A DNA stretch of 64,000 nt from Curvularia clavata (taxonomy: Eukaryota). Positions within the stretch are counted from its first letter, which is position 1, and every line of letters starts with the position of its first letter. Of the stretch, positions 63,527 through 64,000 are shown piece after piece. A program made the translations under genes and the position numbers. The notes below the pieces were generated by a model. The model did not search any database, had not been told where the DNA came from, and saw only the letters and a list, made by a program, of their open reading frames with translations. The DNA is taken from the NCBI GenBank assembly GCA_023920165.1, contig CP089276.1, positions 682,001 to 746,000 of the forward strand. Reading direction: 5' to 3'.

Positions 63527-64000
63527 ATGGCGAACGTCATGGGGACGCTACCTGAAGGTCTTGCAGATGCGGCAGTTGCGATTCCAGGCCTTGGAGCGAT
63601 GATCCAGGTGCTGATTGGAAAGCTGGGATTTGACATGGGAAACCTCATGTCAATGTACCTGCTGTTGTTTGGGCTCTACCAAGGAGCCATGTTTCTGTAC
63701 AATCAGGGACGGCATTATCTACTGTATGTATCCTCGTTAGACCTTGCATGACTGGATGCTAACAACCGCTAGGAACTACGGAACTTCAGCTATTCGCATC
63801 GACGATGACGATGAGTTGTATGCTCACTTCATCACGTGGATCTCGGCCCAGCGCATGACAGAGCTTAGCCGCGATCTCAAGGCCTCGTCTAGGAAACCGC
63901 GGGCACGTTGCGACGACTCTGACGACGAGGAATCGGAAGACGAGCCAGATCTCGAAGATGTTGTCGATGAATCCGGCATCTTCAATTACGACAAGTGGAC
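63527..64000 (+). CDS. BCS1-like AAA ATPase, N-terminal part (runs off the window)
   Basis: TM segment, intron 63724-63772, then TSAIRIDDDDELYAHFITWISAQ, typical of a BCS1_N region. The AAA domain is not in the window. Confidence 0.65.

Noticed and set aside
1..64000. Transposons, tRNA/rRNA genes, CRISPR arrays
   Set aside because: No transposase or reverse-transcriptase ORFs, LTR/TIR pairs, cloverleaf or spaced-repeat arrays were recognised by eye; small or decayed elements could have been missed.

Overview
Intron-containing fungal genomic DNA, probably a Dothideomycete/Pleosporales-type ascomycete (inferred from gene content and GT-AG/CTRAC introns). I can support about 27 protein-coding genes. 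I recognised no rRNA, tRNA, CRISPR array or transposon. Most genes are housekeeping or metabolic: SepH/Cdc15 kinase, Avt2-like transporter, GH5 endoglucanase, complex I 21.3 kDa subunit, a P450, an acyl-CoA thioesterase, CIA1, PCT1, a Sok1/Tcp11 protein and a BCS1-like ATPase. The standout is a two-gene innate-immunity module at 23.8-29.3 kb (minus strand): a HET-S-like HeLo cell-death effector directly upstream of a NACHT-WD40 NLR. Manual splicing gives the effector a hidden 31-aa last exon (…FHTNNSKVGIIGHNVTQHGNINL*) that matches the first exon of the NLR (…FTSHDSKIGIMGPVEWYGDMHI). This is the hallmark of an amyloid (prion-like) signalling pair. The single-copy motif does not look to me like the canonical HET-s/HRAM, PP or sigma motifs. 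All splice models were derived by eye and need RNA-seq confirmation.
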